The position numbers and the translations under genes were made by a program. A stretch of DNA of 33,675 bases from Verrucomicrobiota bacterium (GTDB lineage Bacteria; Verrucomicrobiota; Verrucomicrobiia; Limisphaerales; UBA8199). Positions 17,582 to 26,123 of this stretch are shown here, in pieces; position 1 is the first letter of the stretch, and every line of letters starts with the position of its first letter. The stretch spans positions 1-33,675 of the forward strand of contig JBBQYD010000003.1 in the NCBI GenBank assembly GCA_038209025.1. Reading direction: 5' to 3'. The notes beneath the pieces are model-generated. The model did no database searches. It was not told the origin of the DNA and saw nothing but the letters and a program-made list of their open reading frames with translations.

Positions 17582-19396
17582 ATGCAGGCCACCACTCAAG
17601 CCATCCCCCATACCTTTCCGGATCACGCGGCTCACGAGGACCTCGGCTTTTGGCGCAAGTACGTGTTCTCCATCGATCACAAGGTGATTGGGGTGCAGTA
17701 CGGGTTTACCGCGCTGGGATTCCTTCTGTTCGGCTTCTTTTTGATGCTGATGATGCGCTGGCAGATGGCTCACCCCGGCCAGCCGATCCCCGTGGTTGGC
17801 CCGCTGCTGACGGCGCTGCTCGGCGACATGGCCACCCGGGGCATCATGTCTCCCGAACTCTACAATTCCTTCGGGGCCATGCATGGCACGATCATGGTTT
17901 TTCTGGCGATTGTGCCGCTGGCGGTGGGCGCCTATGGCAATTACCTGGTGCCGCTGCAGATTGGGGCCAATGACATGGCGTTCCCCAAGCTCAACATGAT
18001 GAGCTACCAGGTCTATTTCGTGGGCGGGGTTATCATGCTAGTGAGTTTTTTCATTCCGGGGGGGGCGGCGCAAGCGGGCTGGACCTCGTATCCGCCCCTT
18101 TCCACCTCGATCCCGACGGACGGGCAGACCTACTGGCTGATCGGCATGGTTTTCCTGATCACCTCCTCGCTCCTGGGCTCCGTGAATATCATTGCCACCA
18201 TCATCCAATTGCGCGCGCCAGGGCTGACCTGGATGCGGCTGCCGTTCCATGTATGGGCGCAGTTCACCGCGGCGTTCCTGTTGCTCCTGGCTTTTCCCCC
18301 GCTTGAAGCGGCGGGCGTCATGCAACTCATGGACCGCGTGGCGGGGACGAGTTTCTTCCTGCCCACCGGCCTGGCCGTGGGCGGCAACCTGGCAAATATC
18401 AGTGGCGGCGGGAGTCCGTTGCTATGGCAGCATTTGTTTTGGTTTTTGGCGCACCCGGAAGTCTATGTTTTGATTCTGCCGGCGCTGGGGATCATTACGG
18501 AGATCATTGCGAACAACACCCGCAAACCGATATGGGGCTACCGCTCCATGGTCTATAGCGCGCTGGGCCTCGGGTTCATGTCGTTCCTCGTGTGGGCGCA
18601 TCACATGTATCTGACCGGCATGGGCACCAAGATCGCCACGTTCTTTCAAACCACCACCATGATCATTTCGATTCCCTCGGTGATCATTCTGACGTGCCTG
18701 TTGATTTCACTTTGGGGCGGGTCGATCCGGCTGAACACGCCCATGCTGTTTGCCCTGGCGTTCCTGCCGATGTTTGGCATTGGCGGCCTGACCGGCCTGC
18801 CGCTGGGCTTCAGCGCCAGCGATATTCACCTGCATGACACGTATTATGTCATCGGCCATTTTCACTACGTGGTGGCGCCCGGGACTATTTTCGCCCTCTT
18901 CGCCGGCATCTACTTCTGGTTCCCGAAACTGACGGGCCGCCGGATGAGTGAATACTGGGGCAAGGTGCATTTCTGGGGATCGTTCCTGTTCATGAACCTG
19001 GTGTTTATGCCGATGTTTATCCAGGGCCTCGCGGGCATGCTGCGGCGCATGTCGGATGGCGGCGTCCAATACTCCGCGCTGAAAGGAACCGGCGTTTCCG
19101 GCGCGCTGAGCGAAACCGTGATTGGCCTCAATCACTTCATTCTCTGGGGGGCGGTCGGGCTGGCCATCGCCCAGGTACCGTTCATCCTCAACCTTTTCTG
19201 GAGCATCCGTCATGGCGAGCGGGTGACCAGTGACAATCCCTGGGACTCCACCACGCTGGAATGGCAGACGCCCACCCCGCCGCCGCACGGCAATTTCCTG
19301 ACGCCTCCGTCCGTCTATCGCATGCCCTACGAATACAGCGTGCCCGGAGCCGCCAAAGATTTTCTGCCCCAGAACGAACCCCCGGTCAAACCCTGA
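17582..19396 (+). CDS. ctaD: Cytochrome c oxidase subunit I (A1 type)
   Basis: SIDHKVIG, MHGTIMVF, GWTSYPPL, WFLAHPEVY, VWAHHM, HDTYYVIGHFHY. Confidence 0.97.
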   Translation: MQATTQAIPHTFPDHAAHEDLGFWRKYVFSIDHKVIGVQYGFTALGFLLFGFFLMLMMRWQMAHPGQPIPVVGPLLTALLGDMATRGIMSPELYNSFGAMHGTIMVFLAIVPLAVGAYGNYLVPLQIGANDMAFPKLNMMSYQVYFVGGVIMLVSFFIPGGAAQAGWTSYPPLSTSIPTDGQTYWLIGMVFLITSSLLGSVNIIATIIQLRAPGLTWMRLPFHVWAQFTAAFLLLLAFPPLEAAGVMQLMDRVAGTSFFLPTGLAVGGNLANISGGGSPLLWQHLFWFLAHPEVYVLILPALGIITEIIANNTRKPIWGYRSMVYSALGLGFMSFLVWAHHMYLTGMGTKIATFFQTTTMIISIPSVIILTCLLISLWGGSIRLNTPMLFALAFLPMFGIGGLTGLPLGFSASDIHLHDTYYVIGHFHYVVAPGTIFALFAGIYFWFPKLTGRRMSEYWGKVHFWGSFLFMNLVFMPMFIQGLAGMLRRMSDGGVQYSALKGTGVSGALSETVIGLNHFILWGAVGLAIAQVPFILNLFWSIRHGERVTSDNPWDSTTLEWQTPTPPPHGNFLTPPSVYRMPYEYSVPGAAKDFLPQNEPPVKP

Positions 19397-19404
19397 ACGC
19401 CCGC

Positions 19405-20178
19405 ATGGAAATCGCATATACAGTTCATCCGCGCCCCGACACCGGCGTTTACAATGCCAAACTGGGCATGTGGCTTTTTCTGGCGTCGGAAGTCATGCTG
19501 TTTGGCGGCCTGTTCTCCTCCTACATTCTGCTGCGGGCAGGCGCCCTGCCGGGGACCTGGCCGAGCGGCTGGCTCAGCGTGCCCCTGGGCACGCTCAATA
19601 CCATCATCCTCGCTCTTTCCGCGGTGACCACGCTGCTGGCCTGGTATTCGTGCAAGTCGGGGATGTTTGATAAATTCAAGCTGTTTCAGGGACTCACCAT
19701 TCTGCTGGCGGTGGTTTTCCTGGGAATCAAGAGCTATGAGTACCGGGATAAGCTGACCCACTACGAGGTGGAACTCAAGAACGGCCAGCTTGCCGATGGG
19801 CATCTCGTCCGGCGCGAGGCCTCGGGCGCGGTCGTCCTCCACGGGCGCCTGGTCCAGAGCCGCGCGGAACTGATGGACGGCCGCAAAGCCCACGGCGAAC
19901 GCCAGGAATTAACCATTGCGAAAGCCGACATCGTCCGGATGCAGAACTATGGCCCGGCGCATAACACGTTCCTGGCGTTGTATTTCACCCTCACCGGACT
20001 GCACGCGCTGCACATCATCGGGGGCCTGGTGGTGATGAGTTACCTGTGGGGCCCGGGCAGCCGGATGTGGAAGACGAACCCCGAGCGGTTCACCAACCGC
20101 GTGGAGGTGGCCGGGCTTTTCTGGCATTTTGTGGACTTGGTGTGGATTTTTCTCTTTCCAACACTATATTTGATTTGA
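19405..20178 (+). CDS. ctaE: Cytochrome c oxidase subunit III
   Basis: GMWLFLASEVMLFGGLF, YFTLTGLHALH, GLFWHFVDLVWIFLFP. Contains a soluble insertion. Confidence 0.93.
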   Translation: MEIAYTVHPRPDTGVYNAKLGMWLFLASEVMLFGGLFSSYILLRAGALPGTWPSGWLSVPLGTLNTIILALSAVTTLLAWYSCKSGMFDKFKLFQGLTILLAVVFLGIKSYEYRDKLTHYEVELKNGQLADGHLVRREASGAVVLHGRLVQSRAELMDGRKAHGERQELTIAKADIVRMQNYGPAHNTFLALYFTLTGLHALHIIGGLVVMSYLWGPGSRMWKTNPERFTNRVEVAGLFWHFVDLVWIFLFPTLYLI

Positions 20179-20181
20179 AGT

Positions 20182-20505
20182 ATGAGCGAAACGCATGTTG
20201 AGGCTTTTGGAAGCTACGCCCGCCGCTGTGGGGCGGTGTTCCTGGCGGTGGTCTGCGGCACGCTGATCATGGTGGGCGCTTCCTACGCCCCGCTTGCCAG
20301 CCGGCCGTTGGTGATCGGGTTCATCCTCGCCGCCGCTTCGGTGAACGCCTTCCTGGTGGCCGGGTACCTGATGCACCTCATCACGGAGAAGAAGATGATT
20401 TTCGCGGTGCTGGCGTTGACGGCGTTCCTCTTTGTGGTGCTGATGGGGTTATCCGTCTGGGCCTCCCGGGATGTGCCGGCGATCCTGGCGCCCGCGTTGA
20501 AATGA
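20182..20505 (+). CDS. Cytochrome c oxidase subunit IV family protein
   Basis: Three TM helices, the motif NAFLVAGYLMHL, and its position directly after subunit III. Confidence 0.8.
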   Translation: MSETHVEAFGSYARRCGAVFLAVVCGTLIMVGASYAPLASRPLVIGFILAAASVNAFLVAGYLMHLITEKKMIFAVLALTAFLFVVLMGLSVWASRDVPAILAPALK

Positions 20506-20511
20506 TTGCGT

Positions 20512-20718
20512 ATGTCGCTGAAAGCTTTCCACCTGGTATTTGTCACGCTTCTGAGCGCCCTGGCGTTCGGCTTCGCCGGGTGGCGTTTCACAAACTATTC
20601 CGCCACCGGAGCGGGTTCCGAACTGGCCTGGGCGGCCGGGTCGGTGCTGGCCGGTCTGGCGGTGATCTTCTATGGGCTGCAGTTTTTGAAGAAGCTGAAA
20701 AACGTGAGTTTTTTATGA
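20512..20718 (+). CDS. Small two-TM membrane protein in the oxidase operon
   Basis: MSLKAFHLVFVTLL... with two hydrophobic helices. It fills the gap between neighbours, and its stop overlaps the next start (ATGA). Confidence 0.7.
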   Translation: MSLKAFHLVFVTLLSALAFGFAGWRFTNYSATGAGSELAWAAGSVLAGLAVIFYGLQFLKKLKNVSFL

Positions 20719-21002
20719 GTGACACGTGGCGATTTTGCAGGATGGCCTTGACGGTGTCGCTGGTGTGGGCGGCGCGCCCGGATGCCTGGGCTTGCGCGGC
20801 CTGCTTTGGACAGCAATCCGATTCCCCGATGGCCGTGGGGATGAATTGGGGGATCATGAGCCTGCTGGTGATCATCCTTGCCGTGCTGGGCGGAGTGGCT
20901 GGGTTCTTTGTGTTTATTGTCCGAAGATCAGGAAGCACCCTTCCCTTTGGCGAACCCGGCGGCCCTGAAACGGCCGATCCGCACCCACAGGCTCAGACTT
21001 GA
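20715..21002 (+). CDS. Small membrane protein with CxxC motif
   Basis: Signal-like N-terminus, AWACAACFG, then one TM helix and a basic stop-transfer (IVRR). Coupled to the previous gene and ends 10 bp before subunit II. Confidence 0.72.
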   Translation: MSDTWRFCRMALTVSLVWAARPDAWACAACFGQQSDSPMAVGMNWGIMSLLVIILAVLGGVAGFFVFIVRRSGSTLPFGEPGGPETADPHPQAQT

Positions 21003-21012
21003 AGGGAACAAT

Positions 21013-21777
21013 ATGGAGTTTTTAAACAAGTTGCTGGGGCTGCCGGTGATGGCTTCCGAACAGGCGGTGGAGGTGAACCGGTTGGTCATTTATATCCACT
21101 GGCTGATGATCGTGCTCTTCGTCGGCTGGTTCATCTACTTTCTGTTTGCGATTTGGAAGTTTCAACGCCGGCGGCATCCCAAAGGGGATTACGTGGGGGT
21201 GCGGAACCACGCCTCCAGCTACCTCGAGTTTACGGTGGCGGGCGTCGAGGCCGCCCTGCTGCTTTTTGTCGCCATCCCCATTTGGGCCCGGGCGGTGGAC
21301 AAATTCCCCAAAGAAAGCGAGTCCACGGTGTTTCAGGTAATGGGGCAGCAATTTGCCTGGAACGCGCGGTATCCCGGCCTGGACGGCGTGTTCGGAAAAC
21401 AGGATGTGCGCCTGGTGAAAACCGACAACACTTTTGGCGTGGACCCGAATGATCCCGCAGGCAAAGACGACGTGGTGGTGCTGAATGAGATGCATGTGCC
21501 GGTGAACAAGCCGGTGATCGTGCAGGTGTCCTCGAGGGATGTGATCCATTCTTTCAAAGTGCTGGCCATGCGGGTGGCCCAGGACGCCGTGCCGGGCATG
21601 CGCATTCCCGTTTGGTTTAAACCCACCAAAGAAGGCCGTTTTCAGGTGTATTGCGCCCAACTTTGCGGCAATGGCCACGCCGCCATGGCCCAGGGCGTCA
21701 TCGTGGTCGAAAGCGAAGCCGCCTATAAGACCTGGCTCGCCTCCAAAACCGGCGGCGCAAGCGTGAGTTTCGAGTAA
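21013..21777 (+). CDS. ctaC: Cytochrome c oxidase subunit II
   Basis: Two TM helices, GQQFAWNARYPG, DVIHSF, and CuA site CAQLCGNGHAAM. No fused cytochrome c domain. Confidence 0.95.
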   Translation: MEFLNKLLGLPVMASEQAVEVNRLVIYIHWLMIVLFVGWFIYFLFAIWKFQRRRHPKGDYVGVRNHASSYLEFTVAGVEAALLLFVAIPIWARAVDKFPKESESTVFQVMGQQFAWNARYPGLDGVFGKQDVRLVKTDNTFGVDPNDPAGKDDVVVLNEMHVPVNKPVIVQVSSRDVIHSFKVLAMRVAQDAVPGMRIPVWFKPTKEGRFQVYCAQLCGNGHAAMAQGVIVVESEAAYKTWLASKTGGASVSFE

Positions 21778-21890
21778 TGGCTCGAACGGGCCCGTGGCAC
21801 CCCGCTGAGACGGCGGGCTGATGAAAGACGGCGCGCCTCGCATTCTCGGCTTCTTTTTGGACTCCTGCTTGCTATTCTTTGAGGGTTGCG

Positions 21891-24029
21891 ATGATCAGCG
21901 CCATCGAGTCCCAATTATCCGGTTCAGATGCCGACCTCCTTGGGGAGGTCCAGCGTATTTTTTCACCGGAAGGCGTGCTGTCCCGCTCCTCGAATTTCGA
22001 ATACCGCCCGCAACAGCAGGAGATGGCGGTGGCGGTGGCCAAAGCGCTTGAAGATGGGGAACACCTGGCGGTGGAGGCGGGCACCGGGGTGGGCAAGAGC
22101 CTCGCGTATCTGGTGCCGGCGATTCTCTATGCGGTGCGCAACAAGAAGAAAGCCGTCATCTCCACGCACACCATCAACCTGCAGGAACAGCTTATCCTGA
22201 AGGATTTGCCGATGCTCAAGCAGGTGATGCCCGTGAATTTCACCTCCACCATGCTGAAAGGCCGGGCCAACTACCTTTGCACCCGCCGCCTCCAGAAGGC
22301 CATGCAGCAGTCCGGGAATCTCTTCACCGACAACGAGGCCCAGGAACTCCAACGCATTTACGAATGGTCCAAAACCACCGATGACGGCAGCTTGTCCGAC
22401 TTCGAAATCGAGCCGGACCCCAAGGTTTGGGCGCAGGTTTGTTCCGAACGCGGCTTGTGCTCTCCCAAGACCTGCGGCCCGCCATCCGATTGGTGCAAGG
22501 ACCATCCGCCGTGTTTCTTCCAGCGCGCCCGCGGGAGGATTCTGGCCGCCGACGTGCTGGTGCTCAATCACACGCTGTTTTTCACGTTGTTGGGCGGCAT
22601 CGAGGAGGAGTTGGAAGAGGGCATCCTCCTGCGCAACGATTTCGTTATTTTCGACGAGGCGCACACGATGGAAAGCGTGGCGTCGAAGCACATTGGCCTG
22701 AGCGTCTCCAGCGGACAACTGCGCTACTCCTTAAACCGGCTGTGGAACCCGCGCACCGAGAAAGGGCTGCTCGCCACTCTCCGCCGCGGAGGAGAGGTCC
22801 GCCTGGTGGCGGACCTGCTGCATGAATCCGACACTTTTTTTGCGAGCGTCGAGGGGGCCTGCGAAGAGATTCAAAAAACGTCGCGCAGCCCGGTCGAAGC
22901 GGGGGCGGGCCGGAAACGGGAATGGAGCGAGCTGCGCATTCGCCGCCCGGAACTGGTGAAGGACAATGTCACCCTGCCCATTCAACGCCTGCGGGAATCT
23001 GTCAGCGATCTCATCAAGACCAGCGAGGACAAGGACATGGGCCAGGAACTCATGGAATGCAACCGGCGCCTCGCGGAGTTGAAGGATGAAGTGGCGGTGT
23101 TCCTGAACCAGACTTCGGAGGATTACGTTTATTGGGTGGAGCGCGGCGGGCGCAGCCAGCGCATGATCTCGCTAAACGCGGCCCCCATCGATGTGGCGGA
23201 GTTCCTGCGCCGCCGGTTGTTTGGCGCCGACACTTCGGTGATCATGACCAGCGCCACCTTGTCCGTCACGGGCAGTGCGCCGGCGGTTCCGGCGCCCGGC
23301 GCCAACCCCAAACCTCCCACCCGGCGTCCGGCCCGGCCCGCGGCCCCGGCCTTCCCCGGCCTGGATTACTTCACCAAACGCGTGGGGGCCGAATCCGCCC
23401 GGCGGCTGCAAGTGGATACTCCCTTCGATTATGCCCGGCAAATGAAGCTCTACGTGGTCGGCAAAATGCCCGATCCCCGCGAGGCGGGCTACCGCGACGC
23501 TTTGGTCCGGTGGGTCGAACATTTTGTCCGGCTGACCCATGGCAAGGCCTTCGTGCTATTTACCAATTCCCGGCTTATGCAGGAAACCGGCGAGTTGATG
23601 CAATCCTTTTTCGAGGAACTGGGCGTCAACTGCCTGATCCAGGGCACCGGCACCCCGCGCTCGCTCATGCTGGAGAAGTTCAAGAACGACGTCGATTCTG
23701 TCCTCTTCGGCACGGACAGTTTCTGGCAAGGCGTGGATGTCCCCGGCCAGGCCTTATCGAACGTGATCATCACCCGGCTGCCGTTTGCCGTGCCCGACCA
23801 TCCGCTCATCGAAGCGCGCATCGAAGCCATCGAAGCCCGGGGCGGCAATCCGTTCATGGAATTCTCCCTGCCGGAGGCCATCCTCAAGTTCCGGCAGGGC
23901 GTCGGACGCCTCATCCGCACCAAGACCGATTCCGGAATTATTGTGACCCTGGACAACCGCATTCTTACGAAGAAATACGGCCAGGCTTTTCTCGATGCGC
24001 TGCCCAAATGCCCGGTGGAAATTGTCTGA
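21891..24029 (+). CDS. DinG/YoaA-family ATP-dependent DNA helicase
   Basis: YRPQQQEMA, EAGTGVGKSLAYL, KGRANYLC with further Fe-S cysteines, DEAH, TSATL, FWQGVDVPG, QGVGRLIR. Confidence 0.94.
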   Translation: MISAIESQLSGSDADLLGEVQRIFSPEGVLSRSSNFEYRPQQQEMAVAVAKALEDGEHLAVEAGTGVGKSLAYLVPAILYAVRNKKKAVISTHTINLQEQLILKDLPMLKQVMPVNFTSTMLKGRANYLCTRRLQKAMQQSGNLFTDNEAQELQRIYEWSKTTDDGSLSDFEIEPDPKVWAQVCSERGLCSPKTCGPPSDWCKDHPPCFFQRARGRILAADVLVLNHTLFFTLLGGIEEELEEGILLRNDFVIFDEAHTMESVASKHIGLSVSSGQLRYSLNRLWNPRTEKGLLATLRRGGEVRLVADLLHESDTFFASVEGACEEIQKTSRSPVEAGAGRKREWSELRIRRPELVKDNVTLPIQRLRESVSDLIKTSEDKDMGQELMECNRRLAELKDEVAVFLNQTSEDYVYWVERGGRSQRMISLNAAPIDVAEFLRRRLFGADTSVIMTSATLSVTGSAPAVPAPGANPKPPTRRPARPAAPAFPGLDYFTKRVGAESARRLQVDTPFDYARQMKLYVVGKMPDPREAGYRDALVRWVEHFVRLTHGKAFVLFTNSRLMQETGELMQSFFEELGVNCLIQGTGTPRSLMLEKFKNDVDSVLFGTDSFWQGVDVPGQALSNVIITRLPFAVPDHPLIEARIEAIEARGGNPFMEFSLPEAILKFRQGVGRLIRTKTDSGIIVTLDNRILTKKYGQAFLDALPKCPVEIV

Positions 24030-24165
24030 GAACCTTCTATGAAACCCGTTCGGGGTTTACGATTCAGCGGGTCGGGAGGCCTAACCACGCTCAAGCGCGG
24101 CCCCCAAACCCGTCATCCCTCGCGCCCGGGCAATCCATTCTTCAACAACGCGCTCCGGGAGCGCC

Positions 24166-25470
24166 TCAATCATCAATCGCCTGCATCACCAGGAGCCGGA
24201 AATCATCGCCGGTGCGGTCGCCTTTTGCGCCCTGGGTTTGTTTCATCAGAATGCCGATGACCTTTTCCCGCGGATCGGCAAAATATTGAGTGTTAAAATA
24301 ACCCCCCCAGTTGAAAGTCCCCACGCTGCCTCGTCCGCCTTTGTCGTTACCCGCTTTGGTCAGCACATTGAAGACCAGGCCGTAGTAGCTGTCGGCGTTC
24401 GGCGCGGTAATGCCCGGCATATGGTTGGCCATGACGGTTTCCACGGTCGTGCGGCTTAAAATGCGCGAGCCGTTGAGTTCGCCGCCGTTCAAATACATCT
24501 GCAGCAACGTGGCGTAATCCAGCGCTGTGCTCGACAGGCCGCCCCCGCCGGAAAAGAACATTTTCGCCCCTTTGACCGGGTAGTCAGGATCATAAAAGGT
24601 CACCGGCTGATAGGCCCAGCGTCCATCCCGGGGCGTTTGCACCGGGACCAGGCGCGCCGCTTTATCGTCAGGCAGGTAGAACCAGGTGTCGTTCATCCGG
24701 AGCGGCGCGAACAGGTGCTGGCGCAGGTATTGGTCAAACGGCTGGCCCGACACCAGCTCCACCAGGCAGCCGATGACATCCAGCCCTTCGCTGTAGGTAA
24801 AACGTTCGCCCGGGTTATGGTGCAGCGGCAGCCCCGCCAGTTTTTTGATGTTATCCCCGATCCGCACCGGGTCCGTTGTGAACGCGTCCACAATCCCGGC
24901 TTTGGCGTATATCTTTTTGATCCGTTCATCACCGTCGATGGCTCCATAACCAATGCCGGAAGTGTGCGTGAGCAGATGACGAATGGTGATCTCGGTCTTC
25001 GCCGGCTCCGTGGTGTAGTTATCCGCCGATTCAAACGTCTTGAGCACCTTCGGATTCTTGAACTCCGGAATGAACCGCGAAATCGGATCATCCAGGCGAA
25101 ACTTGCCTTGTTCCCAGAGCATCATGGCCGCCGTCGCGGCGACCGCTTTGGTCTGGGAGGCTATGCGAAAGATAGCATCCCGCTTCAACTCGCGCCGGGT
25201 GGTGTTGTCCGCCAGCCCAAACGACTTGTAATACACAATCTTCCCGTTCCGTGCCACCAGGGCCACCAGGCCCGGCACCGCGTTCTCGGCAATGGCTTTT
25301 TCGCACATGGCGTCGATTCGCGCCAGGCGCTCGGCGGACATCCCGACGCTCTTGGGTGAAGCCTCAGCCAGCGGCCGCGAAACCTGCCGGCTGGGGGTTT
25401 GAGCGCCCGCGCCCAGGGTGACCGCCAACATCACGACCGCCAGCCATTTCACGCCAAAATTTCGATGCAT
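24166..25470 (-). CDS. Exported serine hydrolase, beta-lactamase/AmpC-like family
   Basis: Signal peptide, FRIASQTK (SxxK), LLTHTSG, PGERFTYS, GGGGLSSTALDY, WGGY. Confidence 0.92.
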   Translation of the reverse strand: MHRNFGVKWLAVVMLAVTLGAGAQTPSRQVSRPLAEASPKSVGMSAERLARIDAMCEKAIAENAVPGLVALVARNGKIVYYKSFGLADNTTRRELKRDAIFRIASQTKAVAATAAMMLWEQGKFRLDDPISRFIPEFKNPKVLKTFESADNYTTEPAKTEITIRHLLTHTSGIGYGAIDGDERIKKIYAKAGIVDAFTTDPVRIGDNIKKLAGLPLHHNPGERFTYSEGLDVIGCLVELVSGQPFDQYLRQHLFAPLRMNDTWFYLPDDKAARLVPVQTPRDGRWAYQPVTFYDPDYPVKGAKMFFSGGGGLSSTALDYATLLQMYLNGGELNGSRILSRTTVETVMANHMPGITAPNADSYYGLVFNVLTKAGNDKGGRGSVGTFNWGGYFNTQYFADPREKVIGILMKQTQGAKGDRTGDDFRLLVMQAIDD

Positions 25471-25574
25471 ATCAGGCAAAAGCTATTGATGCGCGCTGAA
25501 CGGGACAAGCAAAAGAAAAGAGGCCGGTTAATGAGCTTGTCACATTTCCAGTGGGTATTAGCCGGTGACGTTTT

Positions 25575-25768
25575 GCTGGGCGACCTGGTGCCGGATCGCC
25601 CGGGACGTCGCGAGCCGAGAGCCGGGAAGCGTCGACCTAAACCTTACCCACTGTTAACGTGCCATCGCCACAGGTTCAGGAAAATCGAGCACCGTGATAA
25701 TCACTATCGTAAAAAGAAACCCAATCCGAAACACCGCAAAATCAAAGGGGCTTAACTAAGGGCCATTC
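25575..25768 (+). mobile_element. IS4-family transposase 3' remnant with terminal repeat
   Basis: DLVPDRPGRREPRAGKRRPKPYPLL is a typical IS4-family C-terminus. It ends in CTTAACTAAGGGCCATTC, which resembles IS4 right ends. No catalytic domain is present. Confidence 0.72.
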
Positions 25769-25985
25769 CGGTCTGACCCGTCGACTAAATCGTTACCTTT
25801 TTAAGCCACTCGGGGTGCGTGAGAAAGTTCTTGCGGTTGGCAGCGGTTTCGTATGTTCTTTTCCGGCAGCCCGAGCTGGAAGGTGAAGCAAAATCATGAA
25901 TGCTAACCTAATCTAATTGTATGGCGACTAACCAGATTTTTTAACACATCCGATTGGTTTGGCTATGGTCTTTCCCCTTCCGCAC

Positions 25986-26021
25986 ATGCCTCGCAAAGTC
26001 CAATTATCCGGGAGCGATGTG
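25986..26021 (+). pseudogene. Very short 5' remnant of a REP-associated tyrosine transposase (RAYT)
   Basis: ATG CCT CGC AAA GTC / TAT CCG GGA GCG ATG reads MPRKV..YPGAM across a frameshift, matching the RAYT start MPRxxRxxYPGAxYH. It is next to a REP-like palindrome. Confidence 0.5.
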
Positions 26022-26023
26022 CT

Positions 26024-26068
26024 TAACGGGGTCATAACGTAACGGGGTCAGACCGGCGGTCTGACCCC
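26024..26068. repeat. REP-like palindrome with a partial tandem copy
   Basis: Perfect 11-bp inverted repeat GGGGTCAGACC-ggc-GGTCTGACCCC (26044-26068). TAACGGGGTCA is repeated at 26024 and 26040. A half-site GGTCTGACCC also occurs at 25770-25779. Confidence 0.8.
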
Positions 26069-26123
26069 TCAAACGAACTGAATTTTGGGAAGCATTCTTG
26101 GACGCACGCGACATTCTAAGATA

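Noticed and set aside
21879-24029. DinG as part of a type IV CRISPR or defence system
   Set aside because: No cas genes or array are nearby. It looks like the ordinary Fe-S DinG/YoaA in a core context.
24166-25470. Antibiotic-resistance beta-lactamase
   Set aside because: The motifs fit the broad serine-hydrolase/esterase family. Nothing specifically supports beta-lactam hydrolysis.
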